This document shows, piece by piece, positions 19,648 through 28,969 of a stretch of DNA of 64,000 nucleotides. This DNA is from Acidobacteriota bacterium (GTDB lineage: Bacteria; Acidobacteriota; UBA890; WLXD01), in assembly GCA_963666055.2 (NCBI GenBank), contig CAXWPH010000012.1:413976-477975 (forward strand). Direction: 5' to 3'. Under the pieces are notes generated by a model, which ran no database searches, had not been told where the DNA came from, and saw nothing but the letters and a program-made list of their open reading frames with translations. The position numbers and the translations under genes are program-made. Position 1 is the stretch's first letter; each line of letters opens with the position of its first letter.

Positions 19648-21468
19648 ATGAGCAATAACGAACGCACCGACGCCGGGCTGAAGCGGACGAAGGGGCAGCA
19701 TCATCCGCTCGTAATGACGTGGTCGCGAGTGCTGGGTGTCATGTTGACCAGCCTCAGCGTGCTGGCCTGTCAGCCTTCATCGCAGCCGGGGGCTGGCGGT
19801 ATCAGCGGTCCTGCTGACCGCGTCTTGCACGGGGCCAAGATCTTTACGGTGAACGACGACCAACCCTGGGCCGAGGCCGTTGCGATCAAAGGCGGAAAAC
19901 TCGTCTATGTGGGGGATGATGCGGGCGTACAGGGGTTCGTTGGCCGCGAAACTGTCGGTCACGATCTGCAAGGGAAACTGGTTATTCCTGGGCTGGTGGA
20001 TGCCCATACCCATCCCGGGGGCACGGGCCGCTTCAGCGGGCCTTCGGGAAGCCTGCCGAGAACCAACAAGACAGAAATACTCGCTGCCGTGAAGGCGTAT
20101 TCAGAGGCGAACCCGGATCTGCCCTGGATCGTGATGTGTTGCTGGCCAGTGCACCTATACGGCAACGGCAAGGAAGGGCCTCACAAGAGAGATCTGGATG
20201 CGATCGTGCCGGATCGGCCGGTTTGGTTGGGCAGCAATATTGGCCACAGTATTTGGGTCAATTCGAAGGCGCTCGAAATGATGGGTGTTGATCGCCATAC
20301 GCTCGATCCCGTGCCTGGTCTAGCGCTCTTTGCACGCGACACCGATGGTGAGCTTACTGGCTGGGTCAAGGAGAGCGCTTATCGTCCCTATCGAGAGAAG
20401 TTCTTTGAGGTAGACGAAGAGGCCAACCAAGAGGGTATCGTCGGCTTTCTGGATTACCTTGCGAGCCACGGCGTCACCTCGCTCTACGATGGGGGCAATG
20501 CCTACTACAACGACGCTGTCTATTCATTCCTCGCCGAGCTCGACAGGGCAGGGAAGTTGCCGGTCCGCTATGAAGGCACCTATCACATGTTCCTTCCCGG
20601 TCAGGAGGACGTGGCGGTCGAAGAGCTACTGCGCTTGCGCGACAGCTACGGTGGTGACCGGCTGCGCTTCAACACCATAAAGATTCACTTCGATGGTTCC
20701 AACGAGAACCGTACGGGCGCCGTGCTCCAACCGTTCAGTGACGATCCGGGAAACCGCGGCAATACGCTGTTGAGCACCGACGAGTTGCGCGATTTCCTTC
20801 TTCGTTTACACGAGGCCGAGATCGACCTGCACTTACATACCGTCGGAGATCGGGCCGTCCGAATCGCGCTCGACGCAGTGGAGGCGGCCCAGGGATTGCT
20901 CAGCGGCGATCTCTACACGCGGGTCACAGTCTCCCATCTGGACATCATCGATACAGCCGACTATCCGCGCTTCAGGCAACTCGGCGTCATCGCGAGCTAT
21001 ACGCCGGCATGGCACGGCTTCACCGACGGCCCTGTTCCCTACGCCTTGGGTGATGAGCGATACAGCAGGACGTTGCTGACGCAACCGCTGTTGGATGACG
21101 GTGCCATTGTCACCTTTTCCAGCGATTCGGGAATGAGTCGGGCCAGCCCCTACCTGGGGATGCAGATCGCCCACAACCGCCAACACGAGAGACAAGGTGA
21201 GGCGGCCCCGATCCGACCGCCCCTGACCGAGCGGCTGGCGCTCGAGGATCTGATCAAGGGATACACCTGGAACGGTGCCTATCAGCTGCGTATGGAGGAG
21301 CAGCTTGGCTCAATCGAGGTAGGCAAGCTCGCCGACCTGGTCGTGTTGGATCGCAACCTGTTCGAAATCGATCGCTACGAGATCCACGAGGTTCGACCCG
21401 AAGCGGTCATCATGGAAGGCGAGATCATCAGGGGAAGCTTAGACGGTGGCGCGGAGATGAGACCATAG
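19648..21468 (+). CDS. amidohydrolase family 3 (YtcJ-like) lipoprotein
   Basis: PGLVDAHTH, IKIHFDG, HTVGDRA, FSSD, GSIEVGKLADLVVLD; lipobox VLAC. Confidence 0.9.
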   Translation: MSNNERTDAGLKRTKGQHHPLVMTWSRVLGVMLTSLSVLACQPSSQPGAGGISGPADRVLHGAKIFTVNDDQPWAEAVAIKGGKLVYVGDDAGVQGFVGRETVGHDLQGKLVIPGLVDAHTHPGGTGRFSGPSGSLPRTNKTEILAAVKAYSEANPDLPWIVMCCWPVHLYGNGKEGPHKRDLDAIVPDRPVWLGSNIGHSIWVNSKALEMMGVDRHTLDPVPGLALFARDTDGELTGWVKESAYRPYREKFFEVDEEANQEGIVGFLDYLASHGVTSLYDGGNAYYNDAVYSFLAELDRAGKLPVRYEGTYHMFLPGQEDVAVEELLRLRDSYGGDRLRFNTIKIHFDGSNENRTGAVLQPFSDDPGNRGNTLLSTDELRDFLLRLHEAEIDLHLHTVGDRAVRIALDAVEAAQGLLSGDLYTRVTVSHLDIIDTADYPRFRQLGVIASYTPAWHGFTDGPVPYALGDERYSRTLLTQPLLDDGAIVTFSSDSGMSRASPYLGMQIAHNRQHERQGEAAPIRPPLTERLALEDLIKGYTWNGAYQLRMEEQLGSIEVGKLADLVVLDRNLFEIDRYEIHEVRPEAVIMEGEIIRGSLDGGAEMRP

Positions 21469-21773
21469 CGGCAGCTTCGGCTTCGTGCGCGCCTTGCGGG
21501 ACCGCCTAGTGGCGTCGACGACGATGTCGATCAGCTCGTCGGGGGCCACGGCCAGCGAATCCCCAGCCACCACGTCGCTCATCGAAGCCGCTCCAGCTCC
21601 TCGTTTCTGATGCCACTCGCAGGCAGTTGTTCCTTATCCACCAGAGCCCGCTGTTTGGACGGCCCCCAGGTACTTGTCGAGGAACGGTAGAGTCTCCTTG
21701 ATTACCTCATGCCTCGGCCCCAGCTTCGCATAGTCGGAGGTCGACGCGGAGATCATTCCCTATTTTCTCCTGC

Positions 21774-21956
21774 GTGGTGGAGTTCGACCGCGCCTACGAA
21801 GAGGGGACGCTCTTCCTTCTGACCAACCATCCGCACATCATCGGTCGACATTCGCGTATCGTCGTGCTCGAGGAGCTCGTGCGGTATATGAGATCGTTCT
21901 CCGGTGTTTGGTTCGCGACCCACGAGGAGGTCGCCCGGGCCGTACAGACGTCGTGA
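21774..21956 (+). pseudogene. polysaccharide deacetylase (PuuE-like) C-terminal fragment
   Basis: EFDRAYEEG.LF.LT.HPHIIGR..R...LE..........VWFATHEEVA. Confidence 0.75.
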
Positions 21957-21967
21957 CGTAGCCAGAG

Positions 21968-22569
21968 GGTACTGTCAAGTTGACCGGCAGCCTGGCAGAG
22001 TTCGGCGATGAACACCGTCCCGCACAGCTACCGTCGGCATCGGTTCCCGCCTGAGATCATCAGTCACGCCGTTTGGCTATATCTCACCGCTTCTGCTTGA
22101 GCTTCCGCGATGTGGAAGACCTCTTGCGGCACGCGGCATGATCGTCTCCTACGAAGCGATCCGCTGCTGGTGCGCGAAGTTCGGACCCGGCTACGCGGCG
22201 AAGCTACGGCGGCGGCAAGGTCGACGAAACGCCCACGCCGCCAAGCGATTCTTCCGCAAGTTGCTAAGACGGCAGGGGAGCGAACCTCGATGGCTGACCA
22301 CCGACAAGCTCGGAAGCTATGGGGCCGCGCACAGGAGTGTGATGCCCTGTTCAAATCCGCTGCTCAGGCGCAGCGGTTCTTGGCGGTGCGTGGCCTCGTT
22401 CGCAATCTCTTCGACCTAAGTCGGCACCGATTACGAGCAGCGGACTATCGGACGCTTCGAGGGCGCGCTTTAGCGGCTTGGGTCGAGGTCGCGGCTGACT
22501 GAGAAAGGCCAGCTCGATGCCAAGCAGTCTGACCTGATCTCGAGGCGGCGAAGTTAACGTGCCAGTGCC
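21968..22569 (+). mobile_element. decayed IS6-family element with internal deletions and frameshifts
   Basis: IRL GGTACTGTCAAGTT, degenerate IRR AACGTGCCAGTGCC; transposase pieces VSYEAIRCWCAKFG, TTDKLGSY, FKSAAQAQRFL. Confidence 0.87.
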
Positions 22570-22610
22570 GGATAGATCGATCGCTCAGCCCGCGAGCTTA
22601 CGGGACAATG

Positions 22611-24212
22611 CTACTGTTCTCTAAAGGCTGGTTTGACTTTTGCCTCCTCCTCCCACTGCTCACCGTAAAGAGACTTGAAAACTCGAACGTGGTCGGTCGA
22701 TCCCTTCACGGTGCCGCCCCGCCAAAGATCATACTCAACATCAGAATAGGTGTCGAAGAACGTGGTGAGCTTTCCATCCAGTTCCGAAACCGCTTCGGCG
22801 TAGCCAGGAGTCCCGTATAGATCGTGCATTTGCTCAGGATCCTCTTGTATATCATAGAGCTCATGCTCACCCGTACCTTTCAGCCGTTTCCAATATGAAT
22901 AACGATCGGTTCTGATTGCACGAGTTGCCTCTTCATCCATATACACGGCATCGGCCCATGCCTCGAGCTTCCTCCCTTCCAGGTGTTCCGCAAAGCTCCT
23001 TCCAGGGGAGTTGGCTATTTCCACATCCGCAAACCCAGCTAGATCAAGTATTGTGGGCATGAGGTCGTATTGCCCAACGAGCAGATCACTTACTTGCCCT
23101 GTCTTAATGGTGCCTGGATAGCGAGCAATGAACGGTACGTTCATCGGCGTATCGTAGAGGCTCGCTGGAAATGTGCTAGCGGGATGGCCCCAAAGGCCAT
23201 GTTGTCCGAAGAAGTTTCCCTGATCACTCGTGTAAATCACTAACGTGTCTTCTTCGAGTCCGGTTTCCTTCAGTGTTGTCAATAGACGGCCGACACCATC
23301 GTCCACCATCGTATTTTGTGACGCTACATTAGCCATCGATGCTTGGTCGTTGTGCATGCGAGCTAAGCTGGCGTACCATCCGGAGTAGGGTGGCCTTAAC
23401 TGCTCGAGTATCCTGTCGTTGATCCTGTTTCTAGGAAACGAAGGAAACTCTTTGTCCTTATAGTATTCATAATGCGGGTTCCTGGCGGGACCGAGATTCG
23501 TTGGAGGTTGCATATAAGGACCGTTGAAGGTAACCAGCAGGAAGAAGGGCCGTTGATGATCATAGTCCTCCAAGTATGCGACTGCTTTGTCGGCAAAGAA
23601 CTCGACACTGTGCTTATCCTCTAATCTGTACGTTCTGCTGTTGTCATTGATTTCATTGGACCAGAAATCGAGGGTATGGCCCAAACTGAACGTCACCCAA
23701 TAATCGAACCAGTCGTCCGGCGGACGTGGCTGGCCTAGGTGCCATTTACCGATTAATGATGTCTGGTATCCTCGATTCTTTAGTGTATGCGGTAATGTTC
23801 TATACTCTCTGATCGCATTCCAATCTTCGGGCCAATTCTCCATCTTTCCGTCATCTAGCCAGGAATGAACGCCATGTTGAGAAGGCATAAGTCCGGTCAG
23901 CAGTGTTGCACGTGTTGGAGAACAATAACCGTGCACGGCGAAAACACGCGTAAGACGTATTCCTTCGTTGGCTAGTCGATCGATATTGGGCGTCCTGACA
24001 TCCGGGTTGCCATAAGCCCCCAGGATCGAGGCGGGTTGGTTGTCGACCACTATGTAGAGAATATTTGGCCTGCCTTGTGCTCCTGCGGGCATCGCAGAAG
24101 AAACTTGTGGTCCTGCGCCTATTGCAGAAGAGAGGAGGAGTAGGGAGATAAACAAATATGGCTTCCTATGAGTGCTGATACCACGAATCGTCGCCAACAC
24201 GTGATCCTTCAT
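22611..24212 (-). CDS. Cys-type sulfatase, secreted (copy B)
   Basis: Near-identical to 14349..15965; CSPTRATLLTG. Confidence 0.92.
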   Translation of the reverse strand: MKDHVLATIRGISTHRKPYLFISLLLLSSAIGAGPQVSSAMPAGAQGRPNILYIVVDNQPASILGAYGNPDVRTPNIDRLANEGIRLTRVFAVHGYCSPTRATLLTGLMPSQHGVHSWLDDGKMENWPEDWNAIREYRTLPHTLKNRGYQTSLIGKWHLGQPRPPDDWFDYWVTFSLGHTLDFWSNEINDNSRTYRLEDKHSVEFFADKAVAYLEDYDHQRPFFLLVTFNGPYMQPPTNLGPARNPHYEYYKDKEFPSFPRNRINDRILEQLRPPYSGWYASLARMHNDQASMANVASQNTMVDDGVGRLLTTLKETGLEEDTLVIYTSDQGNFFGQHGLWGHPASTFPASLYDTPMNVPFIARYPGTIKTGQVSDLLVGQYDLMPTILDLAGFADVEIANSPGRSFAEHLEGRKLEAWADAVYMDEEATRAIRTDRYSYWKRLKGTGEHELYDIQEDPEQMHDLYGTPGYAEAVSELDGKLTTFFDTYSDVEYDLWRGGTVKGSTDHVRVFKSLYGEQWEEEAKVKPAFREQ

Positions 24213-24542
24213 AATCAGTTCCTCCGCAATGCGTATTCCGGCGCGGTGACCTTTCCCCCGAGGACTTGTACTTGTACCACTTCCTATCTCATATGCGCTA
24301 CTGATGAGGTGTACCCCAACTTTGGTCCGTCGAAAACGAGAAAGACTCGGGTTTGGGAACATCAGGTAACTGCACCCTCCTGCAGCAGTTGGACATAGAC
24401 GGTAGGTTGCAGGCCTCGGGAGTCCGCTCTTCACGTTGTCCTAGCTGGATCTCGGGGGTAGGGTTCACCCTCCTCTGTTGTTTACGGAGCGCGCTGAGCG
24501 GGAGACCGTCGGCGCCGGGTACGAGGTGAGCTGGAGCAGACA

Positions 24543-26600
24543 ATGCGCCGAACAAGGCTCGCTAGCTCCTTTGCCGCCATCATGCTGTTGGCGGGGCTTT
24601 CGCACGCCGGCGGGCAGCTCTCCCCGACCGAAAGGCAGATCCTGAGCGCTCTGGATAGCGACAGGACAATCGCCCTCACCCGCCGCCTCTCGGAGGAACT
24701 CGTCAAGAACAACTCGGGTGCGGGTGCCGGCTCGGCCATCGCTGGCAGCGCCGATGAGCGCCTGTTGGCCGGCTTCATCGAGGCGGAGATGAAGCGGATA
24801 GGTTTGGAGGTGCGGCGGGAGAGCTTCCCCGTGCACGCTTACGACTACGGGGAAGTATTGCTGCGGGCATCGGGCAAACAGCTGCCGGCGATCACCCAGC
24901 ACTCCGGCGCAGGGACCTGGGGTACGGTCGAGCGAGTGCCGTACACCAAGGGCAACACGTCTGGTGGGAAGCGCTTGCGGACGGCGTTACTCGATGCAGG
25001 AGAAGGCTGGGTCCATGACTACGCGAACCTGAGCGAGGTGCGCGGTAAAGCCGTGCTGGTGCGCCGCGGAGCGGGTTGGCTCAACAGCCAGGTCGTGATG
25101 GAGGCCGCAGAACAGGGAGCGTCCGCGATCTTGCTCTACGACTACGACAGCGGTGCCGAGGCCCCCCAGGACTCGATCCAGCAGATGAGCATCGTTTACC
25201 GCGACCCGATCCCGACCGTGACGATCAGCAACCGTGATGCCGCATGGCTCAAGGAACGGCTTGCCGAGGGCCAGGTGATGATCGAGCTGGAGAACCGGGT
25301 CGATGTCGACTACGGCTTTTCCGAGAACGTCATCGGCATGTTACGGGGCAGGGAGTATCCCGACGAGTGGATCGTGGTCTCAGCACACCACGACCGCTGG
25401 TTCCAAGGAGCCCAGGATGACAGCGTTGGTGTGGCCGTCATGCTGGAGCTGGCCCGCGTGATCTCGGAAAGTTACCGACCGCGGCGCAGCTTTCTGTTCA
25501 TTTCCTTTGGAAGCGAAGAAGTCGGAGGACTGTGGACACAGTACGACTGGCTGGCGGGTTCCCATGCGTTCATTCGGGCGCACCCCGAGATCACCTCGCG
25601 TCTGGCCTATGCCTTCAACGTGGATGGCGCTGGATGGAAGGGGCGTGAGGGCCGGTTGTATGCCACCCTCGACCAGGTTGCCTTCCAAAGCGGTTTGCTG
25701 GCAGAGCTCGGCCTCGACGAGCGGGTGACCGTACGTGAGATTATCGGTACGGGCGTCGATGCTTGGTCGTTGGGAGGGGTTCGGGGCGGAGCGGTGGCAT
25801 ACATGAGTTGGATCGGTGACGTCCCCTTCAGCCGCTACTACCACACGCAGCACGATGTCTATAGCGCGGAGGATTACACCAACCTGCAGGACCACCTGCG
25901 AGTCGGAGCACTCGGCGTGCTTCGGATGGATCAAGCTGTTGTCCTGCCCGTCGGTTTCTCGGAGATCGCTGACTGGGTCGCCCAACAGCTCGAGAGGATC
26001 GAGCAGATACTCTCCGCTCTCTCGGCACCGACGGAGCTGCTTGGCGACGCTAGACAGGCGGCAGAGCGCCTTCGCACGCAGGCTAAAAGGCTGGCAACGG
26101 CTAATGCGTCAGTAGTGGATGTCGATCACGCAGCGGTCGTCAATGCTCTCATGATGAGGACCCGACACGATCTCGTTCCCTGGCTTCTGAACACAGAAGG
26201 ACGCCTGAGAGGAAGCCGTTACGTGGAAGATTTCGCTGCACTCCAGAGAGCCCGCCTCGCTGCCACGGATGGAGATACGGAGGCTGCAGCGAGAGCGCTC
26301 GAAGAGGTCAACACGATGCAGTGGGGCAAGCGGGTTTCGCCCGGGACCTACCGCGCTGAGAGGCTGCTCTCCTACGAGCCGGTCGGTTGGATGTGGGAGT
26401 TCGACCAGCACGCGCGTCCGATCGGTCCGGAACTCCACACCATCTACTCGCAGCTCGGGGCGGGACGCGGCTCTGATTCGGTCACCGGGATCGCCAGACT
26501 CGAGGCGCAGGCGGAGGGTTCGCTGCGTGAGGCATTGTTCATCGTGAGCGGCAAGCTCCGGGAAGCCGCGAGGGCGCTTGCCGATGTTCCGCTACCGTAA
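24543..26600 (+). CDS. secreted M28-family metallopeptidase with PA domain (copy B)
   Basis: Same Zn-ligand motifs as copy A; GGAG RBS; signal peptide. Confidence 0.9.
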   Translation: MRRTRLASSFAAIMLLAGLSHAGGQLSPTERQILSALDSDRTIALTRRLSEELVKNNSGAGAGSAIAGSADERLLAGFIEAEMKRIGLEVRRESFPVHAYDYGEVLLRASGKQLPAITQHSGAGTWGTVERVPYTKGNTSGGKRLRTALLDAGEGWVHDYANLSEVRGKAVLVRRGAGWLNSQVVMEAAEQGASAILLYDYDSGAEAPQDSIQQMSIVYRDPIPTVTISNRDAAWLKERLAEGQVMIELENRVDVDYGFSENVIGMLRGREYPDEWIVVSAHHDRWFQGAQDDSVGVAVMLELARVISESYRPRRSFLFISFGSEEVGGLWTQYDWLAGSHAFIRAHPEITSRLAYAFNVDGAGWKGREGRLYATLDQVAFQSGLLAELGLDERVTVREIIGTGVDAWSLGGVRGGAVAYMSWIGDVPFSRYYHTQHDVYSAEDYTNLQDHLRVGALGVLRMDQAVVLPVGFSEIADWVAQQLERIEQILSALSAPTELLGDARQAAERLRTQAKRLATANASVVDVDHAAVVNALMMRTRHDLVPWLLNTEGRLRGSRYVEDFAALQRARLAATDGDTEAAARALEEVNTMQWGKRVSPGTYRAERLLSYEPVGWMWEFDQHARPIGPELHTIYSQLGAGRGSDSVTGIARLEAQAEGSLREALFIVSGKLREAARALADVPLP

Positions 26601-26651
26601 GTACGGATCCCTCTACTTGGAAGAGTCGGTTGGCTGCGGCCTTGAGCCGGG

Positions 26652-28652
26652 TTACCTCAAGGAGGCAAGCTCGATGCCTCGATCGATCATGCGCTGGACG
26701 TCTTCTGGTAACAGCAGGCCCTGTTGTAACAGTCGGTGGGCGGCTTCTGCCAACCGGCGGACATAGTCTTCGTGGCTCGCATAGCGCTCCGCGATCGACA
26801 GCCGTGGATCACCCGTTGCCAAGCGCTCCTCACGATCCTGAGGAAACGCGATGCTGGACCCGGTGACACCGCAGAGAGCGCCTTCCGCATAGCCCGCACG
26901 CCGCAGATTCCAACCAAGATAGGTGGCAACTGGAACCTCGACCGCCGGCAGCCGAATGCCGGCGATGTCGTTGCCGTCGTCATCTACCGCGGGCACGAAC
27001 AATGGGTAGGCTGCACCTTCTGGGGGAGGCTGGGCATCGTAATCGACGACGTGCAGGTGGTTGATCTGGCCGTGGTAGCGCAGACCGGGGATCGCGGGCA
27101 AGCCGAAGGTTTTTCGATCGGCAGCAACCAGCGTCCCATCCGAGATCGTCGGGAAGCGGCTAACGGGCGGCTCGACGCCATCGGTAACCCAACGGTCGAG
27201 CGCTACCAGCAAGGCCCGCATCGGTCCGCCCTTATGGAGCGGATTGCTCGGCTGCTGGCAGGTTCTCGTCGGCGCGGGCAGAGCGTCGATCCTAGCCGAA
27301 TGCTGGGTGCTGGAGATCAAGTAAGCGCGCACGTTGCCGGGTAGCTCGATCGGCTTGCCGTCGGTGTCCGTCACCACCAACGACGAACGCGCCTGAAAGA
27401 ACTCTGTCGACGAGTCGACATGCATGATCTTCGGACAGTTTCCTGCCCGCTGGCAGCGGGCAAGTACTCCGTCACGCTTCCCGGTCAGGGAATCGGTCGT
27501 GATGCCGTAGGTGAAGGGGAACTGGTCTCCGGGTTGGAGATGTTCCTCGTGCTGTCGCGAGAACCGACCCGGTTGGGCGAAACGGTGGTTGATGTACGTC
27601 TTGCGGCCACCGGCGACGTCGGGGATCAGGGCATCGAAGACGACCAACCCCTCTTCGTCTTCATTGAACCCCTGATAGAGGAGGTCACGCAGAAAGCGAC
27701 CGCTCTGTGAGATACCAAGGGCGTAGGCACGCTCGATTAGGGGCGCACCGTTGGGAGCCAGCGGATTGGGGTTACCTACCGAGTCCTCCACCTGCCGCCG
27801 AAGAAACGCGACCACGTCGCGCACGGAGGCGAAGGCCAACCCCATGACGACCGGATCTCTGGCCGGGTAGACGATCTCGTAGATTGCCCCGGCATCGAAA
27901 CCGGCCGGTCTCTGGATCAGGATCTGACGCGGGTCCCGGTACGAGATTCCGGAGCGGCGAACGCTGAAGTATTCGAAAGACAGATCGTCCGGCGACTGCC
28001 GGGGATGCGTTTGCTGCTGGCGGACCGTCAGGGACGCCAGCGTCGGATCCATGTCGGCGGCCGGATAGCTGAGCGTCGCCACAACCGGATTGATGTCGTC
28101 GTTGAAGATGAACTCGTCCCGACTCGGACCAGTGATGCCTTTGGCGACCGGCACCGTGAGACTCATGAGCTTCTCTCCCGGACCCAGGTCGCCTTGCCAG
28201 CCGGACCAGACGATGGTGTAGCCCTGTCGCATGAGAAAGCCGTTGCCCGCATCCTCGGCCGTCGTCGGATCATCCTCCCAGGGCCCATCGTTCATCAGAT
28301 TCAGGCCGATCTTTTCCCCACGGTTGAGGACATCGTAGAAGATCCGACGGTTGCCGCGCTCCAGGTCGACCGGCTTCAGCAGCACGACATCGGCGATGAA
28401 CTCGACGTGCCCGGCAGCATTCCGAGGAGCAGCGGCAAGATCCACGATCCCGGCATTGCATGGTGCCTCCGGATCGACCTCAAGAGTCGCTCTGATGATC
28501 AGCTTCTCGTAGACGCCGATGCTACCAAAACGCCGACCGTCGAAGGTTGGTGACTCGACCTCGACGATCTCGAATCGTACGACTTCTGCAAGCCCGGTGG
28601 CCGCCATCAAGCCGAAACCGAGCTGGATAACCAGCATCGACTTCCATCGCAT
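26652..28652 (-). CDS. secreted alpha/beta-hydrolase-domain protein (large uncharacterised family)
   Basis: VVRFEI...FG.IG.YE, YDVLNRG, GYTIVWSGWQGD, nucleophile elbow GISQSGRFLR, D.DGN.IAGIRLP, DPRLSIAERY. Confidence 0.85.
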   Translation of the reverse strand: MRWKSMLVIQLGFGLMAATGLAEVVRFEIVEVESPTFDGRRFGSIGVYEKLIIRATLEVDPEAPCNAGIVDLAAAPRNAAGHVEFIADVVLLKPVDLERGNRRIFYDVLNRGEKIGLNLMNDGPWEDDPTTAEDAGNGFLMRQGYTIVWSGWQGDLGPGEKLMSLTVPVAKGITGPSRDEFIFNDDINPVVATLSYPAADMDPTLASLTVRQQQTHPRQSPDDLSFEYFSVRRSGISYRDPRQILIQRPAGFDAGAIYEIVYPARDPVVMGLAFASVRDVVAFLRRQVEDSVGNPNPLAPNGAPLIERAYALGISQSGRFLRDLLYQGFNEDEEGLVVFDALIPDVAGGRKTYINHRFAQPGRFSRQHEEHLQPGDQFPFTYGITTDSLTGKRDGVLARCQRAGNCPKIMHVDSSTEFFQARSSLVVTDTDGKPIELPGNVRAYLISSTQHSARIDALPAPTRTCQQPSNPLHKGGPMRALLVALDRWVTDGVEPPVSRFPTISDGTLVAADRKTFGLPAIPGLRYHGQINHLHVVDYDAQPPPEGAAYPLFVPAVDDDGNDIAGIRLPAVEVPVATYLGWNLRRAGYAEGALCGVTGSSIAFPQDREERLATGDPRLSIAERYASHEDYVRRLAEAAHRLLQQGLLLPEDVQRMIDRGIELASLR

Positions 28653-28881
28653 CGCACACCTCTGCATATGCCAGGCGCCGTCGGCTCCCGCTCTGATCAT
28701 CGTGAGCGACAGTCGTGCAGGGCGCTCCCAGTGCCTGCTGTTTGAGGGTTCAGCAAATCTCGGTGGGCCGGTGTTCACAAGCTCTCACCTCAGCCCTCCT
28801 GGCGGGGTAAGCGAGACGAGCAGAAGATCGGTGCCGATCACGAACGGGCCCTCTTCGACATCTTAGAGGCTCAAGCCGAAG

Positions 28882-28957
28882 CGGGATATTGTCAAGTTCG
28901 GGATATTGTCAAGTTAAGGACGCGACGGTCGGATTCGGGCAAGCTGCGGCCTTGAGC
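28882..28957. repeat. 17-bp tandem repeat containing IS6-like IRs, plus IS6 subterminal sequence
   Basis: CGGGATATTGTCAAGTT x2, then a sequence matching the reverse complement of 6715-6760. Confidence 0.75.
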
Positions 28958-28969
28958 ACGTGCTCCGCG

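Noticed and set aside
28882-28915. Possible CRISPR-like direct repeats (also 6760-6799)
   Set aside because: Only two units, no proper spacers, no cas genes; explained as IS6 ends
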